41,651 nt of DNA from Chloroflexota bacterium (GCA_013815585.1 JACDFU010000003.1:1-41651); one strand, 5' to 3'. Counted from the stretch's first letter, positions 22,244 to 31,083 are shown. The notes: a model not told the origin generated them from the letters alone. Numbers and translations are program-made.

Positions 22244-25200
22244 TCATCGGACCGTGAGGCGCGCGTAGGAGCGGTTCAACCCGCCGGCCGAGTCGGTTCC
22301 CGTCACGGTGATAGTCACCTGGCCCGGTGTGCTCAGCGGCAGCAATGCCGTCCAGCGGCCGTCCTCGGCGCGCGTCGCCGACACCTCGATGTCATCGCCG
22401 GCGCCACTCAACCCAATGGTGGGCGCGCCGCCCAGGGGTTCCGCGCTCGTCGCGAACACACGCACCGATGAGCCGGCACCGGGAGAGCGATTGTCGAAGC
22501 CGATGTCGAACGCCATCAGCCGGGTCGAGACGCCGAGAACCTGCCGCCGTCCCTCGCGCACGACGGTCAGCCGCCCGACGTAGCTGCCGCGCGCCGCGAA
22601 TCGGCCTCCATCGTCGCGGCCGTCCCAGCGCCACGAATGAGCGCCGGCGGCCAGCGCCCGGCCAGACCAAGCACGCTTCACGACCTCCCCGCTACGGGTG
22701 ATCTCGAGCGTCGCGTTTGCCGGAGCCGCCAGGGAGAATTGGAAGTCGGTCGAGCCGCGCAGGAGATCGCGATCCTGCGGGTACCAGAGGCGCGGCTCCA
22801 CGCCATAGCCCCGCAGCGCCCGGTCGACGTGGATCGTGCCGACGAGGTCAGCCCGGTTGCCAGCCGGATCGAGGATGCGGGCGACCACCGCGTACCGCCC
22901 GTCGGGAACAGCCGCGCCGGCAGAGCTGCGGCCGTCCCAGGCACTGCCGCCCGAGATGCCGAGTGGCATCTTCCCGTACCACACGGTTCGACCCGTGGCA
23001 TCGCGCACGTTGAGCGTGCCACCAGCGCGCTCCTGGGTGGACCAGCGGAGGTTGACCGAATCGGCCAGGCCGTCGCCGTTGGGGCTGAACAGCCCGGTCG
23101 TCGTCCCCGTCAGCAGCCCGCTGATCCGCGCCGAGAGGGTTCCCGTTGGGGGCGTCGTATCGACGGTCAGCGGCCGCGTGCCCACCGCCACATTGCCAGC
23201 GGCGTCGAATGCCCGGAGCCGGGCGACATACGACCCGTCGGGGACGACGGCGCCAGCCTCGTCGCGACCGTCCCACGAGAACGACAGGGAGCCTCCGTTT
23301 GGATCAGAACGACGGACGACATCCGTGGAGCCGACCAGCTCGATGGTCCAGCTGACTGCGCCTGGCGCCGTGGCGGCGATCGTCGTCGTGTCCTTGCTGC
23401 CGTCGCCGTTCGGTGAGAACTGGTGGAGGCTTGCCGTCGGTGCCGCCATCTCCGGCGCCACCGTGTCGATGGTGACCGCCTGTCCGGCCAGACTGAGCGT
23501 GGGATCGGCCATGTTGGCGGCCGGCGCCGCGTACGAGATGGTCCCGACGGTCCCGACGAGCTGCAACAGGAACTGGCCGTCGGCGAGACGTGCGCCGTCG
23601 AGCGAGCCATTCCAGTCCCAGGCATGGGCTCCGCCCCCCAGACCCGGCAAAGAAATGCTGCCCACCAAGGTCCGATCGGTTGCCCGATAGACTCGCAGTG
23701 CGAGCTGATCGACCGGCTGCGCGAGGGTGTACGAGACCCGGAGCGCGTCCAGGCGGCCGTCGCCGTTGGGCGAGAAGAGCCGCGGGCCATCCGAGACCGG
23801 CTCCGTCAATGTGCCATCGGTGAGCGTGGCGGTGCCTACTGCACCGGCGGAAAAGCCCCAGATCCCGGCCCTGACCGTCGTCGCGTGCGGCCCGTGGGCG
23901 GCCACCACGTACGTCGACGTGGATGTTCCTCCGGCGAGGTAGGCGTCCTCGAAGGTCCCGGCCGTCACCGGCTTCCATTCGTGCAACGGTGCCCGAACTC
24001 GGTACCAGCTGTAGGCCCCGTCGGAGACGGGCGTGCTGAGAATTGCAACACGGTCCCCGGAGGCGAGCGTGCCGAGGCTGGCGTACGAGGTGCCTGGCCC
24101 GCTCCGAAGCGTGAGGCTCGCAGCCGTGACCCGGCCGAAGCCACCGACCCCCAGGCTCGGCGTCTGACGCCAGGTGTCGGTCACGGAGTAGGCGCCCCAG
24201 TTGCCTGCCCCGTCGCGCGCCCGTACGCGAAAGGCGTAGCCGTGCCCATTCAGGCCGAGGTACGTGCCCTCGCCGCCCGCCGTGTCATCGAGCCAGGTCG
24301 TCCACGACCCGCCATCGATCGAGACCTGGACATCGTAGATGCTGACGCCGGCCATCTCGTCGACGGCCACCCAGGCAACCCGGATCCCCTCGTCGATCGA
24401 GCGCTGGGGAAGCAGCCGTATGCCCGCCTTCGGCGGCGTGGTGTCGGTGGTGCCTGGAAGCGGACCGGTGAACTTCGTGCGCAGCAATGAGGAGAGCTCC
24501 GTCCGTGCCTCGTCGTAGCCCAGCGCCCACATGCCCGTCCCACGCAGGGATCGAGCATGAACGAGGTCGTACTTCACCGACAGGGCGCGATCGTCGTCGT
24601 AGTACAGCTGGCGCCACGTGACAGGGCAGCTCGAGCAGTTCTGACGCTGGTAGGCGGTCCAGGCAACCTGCTCCAGGCTGCTGTACCGCTTGCCATGGCT
24701 GCCTGCCGTGTCCACCGCTGAGTGATAGAGCACCGTCGAGGAGTACCCGAAGGTCGAGCCCTGCGGTTGGGTTGGCGCGTAGGCGGCATCGGTCGTGGTT
24801 GACCAGGCCCGGCCGTAATAGGGCACCCCCAGGATGATCTGGCTGGGGCTGGTCCGTGCCAGGTACGCGTTGACCGTCTCAGTGATGTCGTACAGCGGTC
24901 CACCCATCGGCGCAATGGAGCCGGCGGTGGAGGCACTCGAGCCGCGATAGTCGTAGCCCATGATGAAGACCGCGTCGGCGGCTCCGGGCGCCGTCAGGGC
25001 AGCGATGTCGTAGTTCCCGACGTAGCCGGTGGCGTCGAAGGTCAGCTGGTAGCCGAGCGCGTGCGCGTCGAGGGCGGCACGCACCTCCCGAACGAGGCTG
25101 ACGAAGTTGGTGCTCTGGCCGCTGGGAATGGGCTCGAAGTCGAGGTTCACCCCGTCGGCTCCCCGGTCGCGCACGGCCGTAGCGATCTCCGAGGCGAGAG

Positions 25201-26218
25201 ACTGGCGAGCAGTGGGGCTGGACAGCAGGGCGACGGTCTCCTGCTTGCCGCTGCTCGACCAGCTGAAACGCTCGACAGTGAGCACCACGCGGGTGCCGTT
25301 GCGATGCGCATCGTTGATGACGGTGGTCATGTCGCTGCTGGCCCAGCCGGCCCAACCCGTCGTTGGCGCACCGGTCGACTCGAACTTCGCCAGGCGTCCG
25401 TCAGCGGTGGCGCCGACGCCGAAATAGGCGATCGTCGAGAGCACGCTGTAGTCGAGGCGGGTGCTGCTGTCGCCCAACTCCCAGTACGGCAGGAAGCCAA
25501 AGACTTCGCGGTTGAGACCTCCCGTTGCCACCGGCGCGGCCGGGCTTACCGCGCCGGTACCGCGACCGCTGACGGGGGCCAGTCGGCCCAACACCACCTC
25601 GGCCGGCGCGGCGGCTGCCGGTGACGCTGCCTCGAGCGCTGGCTCGGCTTCCGGACTCACAACAGGGCTCGCCGACGGTCGCAAGTCCGGCACTGACTCG
25701 GCCGGCACCGGGACGACCTCAGGTGTCATGCTTTCCGCGGGTGCCGGTATCTGTTCGGGAAATGCGGTCCCTGCCGGGGCTGCGGTCGGGCGTGGTGTGG
25801 AAGACGGCCCGGCGGTTTGCTGCGGTGTCGATCGCTCCGGAGCCTTCAGCAGGTCGCGACCGGCCTTTCGCCCCGCTGGCAGGGATCGGGCGGGCCCCCC
25901 ACCGACCTTCCAGCGATCGGCGGCTCGGGGCCGGAAGCCGCGCTTCACGATCGCCCCCGGATGGAAGGTGAGCTTGTCCTTGCGGTGCGCGAGCGCGTCC
26001 TCGTAGTGGATCGACGGCTGGAGATTCGGCCGGGGAGCAGGGAGGTTCCTGGGACCCGGATCCAGGCTCCCTGGCGGTGCAGCCACCCGTTCGACCTGGG
26101 GGGCGAGCGTCGCGTCAGGCAGCGAAGGGGACGGCCGGGCGCCACCAGCGGCGCCCGTGGGCAGCGCGAAACAGGCCACGAGAAGCGCGATGGCGGCGAA
26201 GGAGCGGTTCAGCGACAT
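22244..26218 (-). CDS. Giant secreted multidomain protein: signal peptide, Pro-rich linker, GH18 chitinase-like domain, Fn3-like domain, SH3b domain and about 5-6 FlgD-Ig-like modules
   Basis: - Signal peptide: MSLNRSFAAIALLVACFALPTGAAG.
- GH18 motifs: FGFLPYWE, GADGVNLDFE (25133-25156) and GVPYYGRAW.
- SH3b: LTLRSGPGTSYASLGTLASGDRVAIL..YSWYRV.
- Repeated FSPNGDG(x)xD and W(D/R)W(D/N)G..GxxxxDGxY motifs.
- Start: ATG 26218 is preceded by GGGAGG; TTG 26245 is an alternative. Confidence 0.85.
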   Translation of the reverse strand: MSLNRSFAAIALLVACFALPTGAAGGARPSPSLPDATLAPQVERVAAPPGSLDPGPRNLPAPRPNLQPSIHYEDALAHRKDKLTFHPGAIVKRGFRPRAADRWKVGGGPARSLPAGRKAGRDLLKAPERSTPQQTAGPSSTPRPTAAPAGTAFPEQIPAPAESMTPEVVPVPAESVPDLRPSASPVVSPEAEPALEAASPAAAAPAEVVLGRLAPVSGRGTGAVSPAAPVATGGLNREVFGFLPYWELGDSSTRLDYSVLSTIAYFGVGATADGRLAKFESTGAPTTGWAGWASSDMTTVINDAHRNGTRVVLTVERFSWSSSGKQETVALLSSPTARQSLASEIATAVRDRGADGVNLDFEPIPSGQSTNFVSLVREVRAALDAHALGYQLTFDATGYVGNYDIAALTAPGAADAVFIMGYDYRGSSASTAGSIAPMGGPLYDITETVNAYLARTSPSQIILGVPYYGRAWSTTTDAAYAPTQPQGSTFGYSSTVLYHSAVDTAGSHGKRYSSLEQVAWTAYQRQNCSSCPVTWRQLYYDDDRALSVKYDLVHARSLRGTGMWALGYDEARTELSSLLRTKFTGPLPGTTDTTPPKAGIRLLPQRSIDEGIRVAWVAVDEMAGVSIYDVQVSIDGGSWTTWLDDTAGGEGTYLGLNGHGYAFRVRARDGAGNWGAYSVTDTWRQTPSLGVGGFGRVTAASLTLRSGPGTSYASLGTLASGDRVAILSTPVSDGAYSWYRVRAPLHEWKPVTAGTFEDAYLAGGTSTSTYVVAAHGPHATTVRAGIWGFSAGAVGTATLTDGTLTEPVSDGPRLFSPNGDGRLDALRVSYTLAQPVDQLALRVYRATDRTLVGSISLPGLGGGAHAWDWNGSLDGARLADGQFLLQLVGTVGTISYAAPAANMADPTLSLAGQAVTIDTVAPEMAAPTASLHQFSPNGDGSKDTTTIAATAPGAVSWTIELVGSTDVVRRSDPNGGSLSFSWDGRDEAGAVVPDGSYVARLRAFDAAGNVAVGTRPLTVDTTPPTGTLSARISGLLTGTTTGLFSPNGDGLADSVNLRWSTQERAGGTLNVRDATGRTVWYGKMPLGISGGSAWDGRSSAGAAVPDGRYAVVARILDPAGNRADLVGTIHVDRALRGYGVEPRLWYPQDRDLLRGSTDFQFSLAAPANATLEITRSGEVVKRAWSGRALAAGAHSWRWDGRDDGGRFAARGSYVGRLTVVREGRRQVLGVSTRLMAFDIGFDNRSPGAGSSVRVFATSAEPLGGAPTIGLSGAGDDIEVSATRAEDGRWTALLPLSTPGQVTITVTGTDSAGGLNRSYARLTVR

Positions 26219-26258
26219 ACGCCTCCCAGGTCGCCGCGCCGCCAACTCAGGACGACGA

Positions 26259-27707
26259 CTAGGTGATCGTCAGGCTGCCGAAGCTCGACTGCGTCTGGCC
26301 GTTGGTGTCGGTCCCGGTCGCTCGCAGCTCGGCCGTGCCTGCCGATCCGCCCGCGCGGATCGTGACGGTGGCGCGGAACGTCGTTGCGCCGATCTGGGTC
26401 GTCTCAACAGTGTAGGCAGCGACCCCGGGCTGGGCTACGCGCAGGACTGGCGTAGTCGTCAACGGTTCGGCCGAGGTCAGGGTCACCGTGACGTCCTGGC
26501 CGGGCGCCGCGGAGCGGACCGAGGTCGAGATGCGGAAGGCCCCGACGGAGAACCAGCGCTTGTCCGTGACGGTCGCCGAGGGGGTGACCGCCGTCACGAC
26601 GCTCACGTAGCGACCTTGCGGGACGAAGCCTCCGGAGGCATTGCGACCGTCCCAGCGCCAGGCATAGGAGCCGGCTGTCCTGGCGAGGTTGGACCAGCGG
26701 GTGAGAACCAGCCGGCCGCGCGCGTCGGTGATGGACCAGTTGACCGTCGCCGAGTGGCGCAGCCTGAGACTGTAGGAAGACGTGCTGGCCAGCTTGTCCC
26801 CGTCGGCCGGGTGGAAGAGGGTCGGCGCGACCAGGTGGCTGCCGATCGTCGGACCACGGAATGACTGCGCCGTCATCGACAGGTTGCCGCTCACCGCCCG
26901 GAGATACCCGTTCGAGGTGCCGTCGGGATCCATGTGAACCGATGCACCGGACGTCCGGACCGAGGCAAAACGGATATCCCTGCCGCCCTTGTAGCCGACG
27001 CCCATGAAGATCTGGTCCATCGTCCCGTTTGAGCTGTAGAGGCCTCGGACGATGTCGCTGCCGCTCTGGTACCCGAGCGCGAAGACCGCACCGGCGCCTG
27101 CCCGCAGGAAGCCCGCTGCAAAGTTGTCGACTCGCTCTTTCGCCACGGCCACGGTAGGCGCCGCCTTGCCTGGCTCGCTATTGCCGCTCGCGTAGCAGAG
27201 GTGGTTGAGGAGGACCACCGAGTTGGCGGCCAGGCGGATGTCGCGCGAGATCGGGCCCTCGCCGTAGTACTTCACCGACGACTCGGAGCCGCCCTCGTAG
27301 GGATTAAGCCCGAATCCATCCTTGGTGTCGGTCTGGAATGCGGCGTATGGGCTGGGCCAGCCATTGCCGTGACCCAGGTAGACGAGCAGCGACGCTCCCT
27401 GGGCCTGGCTCAGCACGTTCGCGTAGGTTGCCCTGGGGTGAAAGACCCTGCGGACATCCATGCCCTGGGCTTCTGCCGTCCTGGCAATCTGTTCCCCGCG
27501 CTCAAGGAACGAAGCCGTCTGGCTGTGGGTGGGTCCAACGATCACGACCGCTTTCAGTCGCGCCGGCGCCGTCGCGGCGCTCGCGCCCGCGGGTTGCCCG
27601 AGGCTGGCGCCTATCCCAACGAGGAAGGCGAGGAAGGCGGTCGCCAGCGCGCGAAACGCTGGTCGCGCTCGAGTTCGGGTCGAGCGAGCGCGGAGCGAAT
27701 GCGGCAA
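26259..27707 (-). CDS. Secreted protein: Arg-rich signal peptide, N-terminal alpha/beta domain with candidate His/Cys dyad (caspase-fold-like), C-terminal FlgD-Ig-like and Ig-like modules
   Basis: The signal sequence is RARSTRTRARPAFRALATAFLAFLVGIGASLGQPAGASA. The strand-helix pattern runs AVVIVG / MDVRRVF / SLLVYLGHGNG / SVVLLNHLCYASGN. The C-terminal part contains AGSYAWRWDGRNASGGFVPQGRYV. The gene has a TTG start and ends 13-40 nt upstream of the giant protein gene. Confidence 0.7.
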   Translation of the reverse strand: MPHSLRARSTRTRARPAFRALATAFLAFLVGIGASLGQPAGASAATAPARLKAVVIVGPTHSQTASFLERGEQIARTAEAQGMDVRRVFHPRATYANVLSQAQGASLLVYLGHGNGWPSPYAAFQTDTKDGFGLNPYEGGSESSVKYYGEGPISRDIRLAANSVVLLNHLCYASGNSEPGKAAPTVAVAKERVDNFAAGFLRAGAGAVFALGYQSGSDIVRGLYSSNGTMDQIFMGVGYKGGRDIRFASVRTSGASVHMDPDGTSNGYLRAVSGNLSMTAQSFRGPTIGSHLVAPTLFHPADGDKLASTSSYSLRLRHSATVNWSITDARGRLVLTRWSNLARTAGSYAWRWDGRNASGGFVPQGRYVSVVTAVTPSATVTDKRWFSVGAFRISTSVRSAAPGQDVTVTLTSAEPLTTTPVLRVAQPGVAAYTVETTQIGATTFRATVTIRAGGSAGTAELRATGTDTNGQTQSSFGSLTIT

Positions 27708-27804
27708 CAGCGGGGACCCCCTGTTCTCGTCGGGAACGCGGCTCCTTGCACTGCCGCGAGTGGGGGCTACTGTCCCGAATAGGCTACCTCCAGCCTATGC
27801 CGCG
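27689..27804 (+). ncRNA. Candidate cyclic-di-AMP riboswitch (ydaO/yuaA class) in the leader of the LysM gene
   Basis: Hand alignment to remembered ydaO conserved blocks:
- GCGAAUGC (consensus CCGAAUCC).
- AGCGGGGACCC (consensus ACGGnGGAACC).
- A variable hairpin CGCGGC-N10-GCCGCG at 27737-27758.
- GUGGGGGCUAC (consensus GUAGGGAUAC).
- CUGUCCCGAA, then GGCUACCUCC (consensus CUGUCCCGCA...AGCUAACUCC).
- A closing P1 helix is possible between CGCGG (27689-27693) and CCGCG (27800-27804).

No covariance model has been run. Confidence 0.35.
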
Positions 27805-27854
27805 ATGGTCCGGGGGACCGTGGCCGATTGCCGCCATGTGTCAGGATGCACCGG

Positions 27855-28307
27855 ATGGACGGGCCGCACGGTCGTCGCCGCTGGTGGCTACCCCTCGTGG
27901 TGGGCATCGTGGTGCTGCTGCTCTCGGGGGCCCTCGGCTACGGCCTCGCGCAACTCGTGGCCGCCGTCGCGTCCGCCCCGGTTCCGGCCGTCACCCTGCC
28001 GCCTGCCACGGCAACCCCCCAGACGGCCGTCGAGACCCCCTCCCCGAGCCCCGAAGCCCCGAGCGAGTCGCCGTCCGAGGCTGTCTCCCCCAGCCCGTCC
28101 GGCTCGCAGACCATCCACGTCGTGGCCGCGGGCGAGTTTCTGAGCCAGATCGCGCAGAAATACGGCGTGTCGCTCCAGGCGCTGATCGACGCGAACGACA
28201 TCCAGAACCCTGACCTCGTCGAGGTGGGTCAGCGGCTGGTCATTCCTCTCGATCCCGAAGGTTCGACCCCGGAGGAGACTGCGGAAACGGAGTCAGCGGC
28301 GCCGTAG
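27855..28307 (+). CDS. Membrane-anchored LysM-domain protein (peptidoglycan-binding)
   Basis: A TM segment (WWLPLVVGIVVLLLSGALGYGLA) is followed by a Pro/Ser/Glu linker. The LysM domain is IHVVAAGEFLSQIAQKYGVSLQALIDANDIQNPDLVEVGQRLVIP. ATG 27855 has AGGA 8 nt upstream; ATG 27846 and TTG 27828 are alternatives. Confidence 0.8.
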   Translation: MDGPHGRRRWWLPLVVGIVVLLLSGALGYGLAQLVAAVASAPVPAVTLPPATATPQTAVETPSPSPEAPSESPSEAVSPSPSGSQTIHVVAAGEFLSQIAQKYGVSLQALIDANDIQNPDLVEVGQRLVIPLDPEGSTPEETAETESAAP

Positions 28308-28410
28308 CACAGGCCGCAGGGCAGGGCCGATCGCTACCCGTTCAAAAGCACCGGCTGACAGTCGGCCGCCCGAGTTGCCGTGATTGACCTCGGCCGGACC
28401 GCTCCAGACA

Positions 28411-28447
28411 AAGAAAACGCCCACCCTGGTTACCCAGGATGGGCGTT
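28411..28447 (-). terminator. Rho-independent terminator for the glsB-like gene (also a barrier for the convergent LysM gene)
   Basis: Hairpin AACGCCCACCCTGG-TTAC-CCAGGATGGGCGTT (28417-28447, one mismatch). On the minus strand it is followed by TTTTCTT (28416-28411). Confidence 0.6.
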
Positions 28448-28486
28448 CGCTCAATGCTCCCCCCACGGGGCTTGTGCGGGCGCTGG

Positions 28487-28774
28487 TTAGACGGCGCCGC
28501 CCCCCACGCGTCGGTTGCCCATGACCATACCGGCCACGACCACGACGATCACGGCGCCGATGACGGCGACGACGATCGATCCGATGTTGAGGTCATTGCT
28601 GGCACCGATCCCGCGACCGGTGAGAATGCCCCAGAGGGCGCCACCGACGAACGCGCCGATGATGCCGAGCACGATGTGGCCAATTACACCCAGTCCCTCG
28701 TCGCCCTTGACGAGAAGGCCCGCAATGTAGCCGGCAATCGCGCCGAGCACGATCCATCCGATAATTTCGAGCAT
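28487..28774 (-). CDS. GlsB/YeaQ/YmgE family (transglycosylase-associated) small stress membrane protein
   Basis: MLEIIGWIVLGAIAGYIAGLLVKGDEGLGVIGHIVLGIIGAFVGGALWGIL is the family signature. ATG 28774 is preceded by GGGAGG about 9 nt upstream. Confidence 0.85.
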   Translation of the reverse strand: MLEIIGWIVLGAIAGYIAGLLVKGDEGLGVIGHIVLGIIGAFVGGALWGILTGRGIGASNDLNIGSIVVAVIGAVIVVVVAGMVMGNRRVGGGAV

Positions 28775-28923
28775 TAGGCATGCCTCCCTGGTCGCGGCTT
28801 TTGTTTCCTTCACGCGACTGGTCTGCAGTGTCAGGGAAGACGCCACGGAGGCCAATCGTCGGCGTTGGGCGGCGCGTTACAGAAGTCTCACACCCGGTCC
28901 CTGGCACACAGCCGGGGCATCTC

Positions 28924-29889
28924 CTACGGGGCAGGGACGATGCTCGGGCTCGGCAGCTCGATGACAGGATCAGTCGGAGCCGCGGAGGGCGATTCAGAGG
29001 TTCCGCCGGTCGGAGAGGGGGTAGGTGAACCGGAGGGACCGACGATCGGGTCGCCGCCCTCGTAGTCGGTGATTACCAGCACGTATTCCAGCTTGTCGGG
29101 CGGCGCGGCGGGCTCCACGAAGGCCGTCTGGACGACCGCGTTCGGATCGCGTTGGACATCCACGACGCGACCGATCAGAAGACCCTTCGGGAACGGCGAC
29201 CGGATCCCGTTGCCCAGGTCGATGCCGGCCGTGACCACCGTGTCTTCCAGCGCCACCTCGTCCGTCGACGGAATCTTGGTCATTACCAGCGCTCCGCCGA
29301 GCTGGCCCTGCACGTCGCCCGTGGCCCGGCTCGACTCGATCAGGCCGATGACTGTCGATCGCGTGTCTGTGATCAGCAGGACGCGGCTGTAGTTGGGACC
29401 GGCGTCCACGACCCGCCCGACCACCGCGGCGCCCCCGGCCAGCACCACGTCACCCGTGCTGATCCCAGCATCGGTGCCCTGGTTGACCGACACGACGCGT
29501 TCGTACTGCGTCACCTGGCGGCTGATCACCTCGGCGACAACCGTGTCGAAGCTGAGCGACGACTTCACGCCGACGACGTGCGTCAGCATCTCGTTCTGCA
29601 GCTTGATGTTCTCGACGCCGCGGTTCTCGACCTCCAGCTCCTGGTTGCGCTGCTCCAGCAGGCGGTTGTCCTGGCGCAGCCGGTCGATCTCGGCGATCGT
29701 GCTGAAGACACTGGTCACGTTGCGGGTGAAGCCCGCGAGGCCTGTCTGGATCGGCGTCAGCGCGAAGCCAACGCCCCGTTGCAGCTCGCGGACCGGACCG
29801 GTGTTGCTGACCGCCAGGAGAACCAGGCTGGTCGCAACGAGAACCGCGTACGTGACGCCGCGTCGGCGGCTGGCTCGGCTCGAGAGCAC
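28924..29889 (-). CDS. mreC: Rod shape-determining protein MreC
   Basis: An N-terminal TM segment and a coiled coil (LRQDNRLLEQRNQELEVEN) are followed by beta-barrel repeats (GDVVLAGGAAVVGRVVD and GLLIGRVVDV). The gene lies directly downstream of mreB. Confidence 0.9.
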   Translation of the reverse strand: MLSSRASRRRGVTYAVLVATSLVLLAVSNTGPVRELQRGVGFALTPIQTGLAGFTRNVTSVFSTIAEIDRLRQDNRLLEQRNQELEVENRGVENIKLQNEMLTHVVGVKSSLSFDTVVAEVISRQVTQYERVVSVNQGTDAGISTGDVVLAGGAAVVGRVVDAGPNYSRVLLITDTRSTVIGLIESSRATGDVQGQLGGALVMTKIPSTDEVALEDTVVTAGIDLGNGIRSPFPKGLLIGRVVDVQRDPNAVVQTAFVEPAAPPDKLEYVLVITDYEGGDPIVGPSGSPTPSPTGGTSESPSAAPTDPVIELPSPSIVPAP

Positions 29890-29898
29890 GGTTGCGGC

Positions 29899-30951
29899 TT
29901 AGCGCGGCGCCCGCGAGTACGTTTCGGCCACGAGGGTGCGCTGCATGGACGCCAGCTCCTCGAGCACCTTGCCCGTACCACGCGCAACGCATGTCAGCGG
30001 GTCGTCGGCGATGTGGACCGGCATCTGCGTGGCCTCGGCGACCCGGCGGTCGAGCCCCTGGAGAAGCGCTCCGCCCCCAGCCAGGACCACGCCCTGGTCC
30101 ATGATGTCGGCGACCAGCTCCGGCGGCGTCTCTTCGATCGTGTCCTTGATGGTGTCGACGATCTGCTGAACTGAGCCCTCGATCGCCTCGCGTACCTGGT
30201 CGGCCGTGATCTCCACCGAGCGAGGCAGCCCGGTCAGCAGGTCACGTCCGCGCAGCTGGACGCGCTGATCGTCGTGCTCGCCCGGATAGGCCGAGCCGAT
30301 GGCGATCTTGATGTCCTCCGCCGTGCGCTCCCCGACCAGCAGGTTGTATTCGCGCCGCCCGAAGGCAACGATGTCCTGGTCCATCTCGTCCCCGCCGATG
30401 CGGATGCTGCGGCTGACGACGATCCCCCCGAGGCTGATGACCGCCACCTCGGTCGTGCCGCCGCCGATGTCGACGATGAGGCTCCCCGACGGCTCCGCCA
30501 CCGGCAGTCCTGCCCCGATGGCGGCCGCCATCGGCTCTTCGATCAACCGTGCCCAGCGCGCCCCTGCGTTGAGCGCGGCGTCGCGCACGGCGCGCTTCTC
30601 AACCTCCGTGACTCCCGATGGGATGCCCAACAGCATCCGGGGCCTGGGGATCAGCCCGACCCGGTCGTGCACTCGGTGAACGAAGTACTTGATCATCTGC
30701 TCGGTCACGTCGAAGTCGCTGATCACCCCGTCGCGAAGCGGGCGGACGGCGATGATGTTGGCGGGGGTGCGCCCGACCATCCGCTTCGCCTCCGCGCCGA
30801 TGGCGAGCACCTTCTTGCTGCGCGAGTCGATCGCCACCACGCTGGGCTCGCTGATCACGATCCCGCGGTCACGGACGTGCACGAGCGTGTTGGCCGTGCC
30901 GAGATCGATGCCAATATCGCGGGAGAACAGGCCGAGAAAGCCGTCGAACAT
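29899..30951 (-). CDS. mreB: Rod shape-determining actin homologue MreB
   Basis: Motifs: DIGIDLGTANTLV, EPSVVA, AVRPLRDGVI, VIDIGGGTTEVAVISLGGIV and GGGALL. Confidence 0.95.
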   Translation of the reverse strand: MFDGFLGLFSRDIGIDLGTANTLVHVRDRGIVISEPSVVAIDSRSKKVLAIGAEAKRMVGRTPANIIAVRPLRDGVISDFDVTEQMIKYFVHRVHDRVGLIPRPRMLLGIPSGVTEVEKRAVRDAALNAGARWARLIEEPMAAAIGAGLPVAEPSGSLIVDIGGGTTEVAVISLGGIVVSRSIRIGGDEMDQDIVAFGRREYNLLVGERTAEDIKIAIGSAYPGEHDDQRVQLRGRDLLTGLPRSVEITADQVREAIEGSVQQIVDTIKDTIEETPPELVADIMDQGVVLAGGGALLQGLDRRVAEATQMPVHIADDPLTCVARGTGKVLEELASMQRTLVAETYSRAPR

Positions 30952-31083
30952 GAACCGGGTGGAGATCCTCGCGGTCGAGACCGGCAGGCGTGGATGAATG
31001 CCGCCGCCGCTGGTGGGTGGGCCAGTATACCCGCCGGCCTTGCTCGTTCCGCCTGGCTGGCCGGGTCCGGCCGGCCGTGGGTC

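Noticed and set aside
27338-28213. 291-aa plus-strand ORF overlapping the LysM gene in another frame
   Set aside because: It crosses the divergent promoter region and the 5' end of the oppositely oriented secreted-protein gene. The LysM motif and TM helix are in the 27828/27855 frame, not this one.
28439-28777. 112-aa plus-strand ORF rich in Asp/His (HDHTGHDHDDHGADDGDDD)
   Set aside because: It is the antisense image of the Gly/Ile/Val-rich glsB-like membrane protein, which has a clear family signature, Shine-Dalgarno site and terminator.
30952-31083. TATACT box (minus strand, 31024-31029) as the mreB promoter
   Set aside because: There is no convincing -35 element, and the box lies about 70 nt from the ATG with nothing else to support it. 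It is noted but not listed as a feature.
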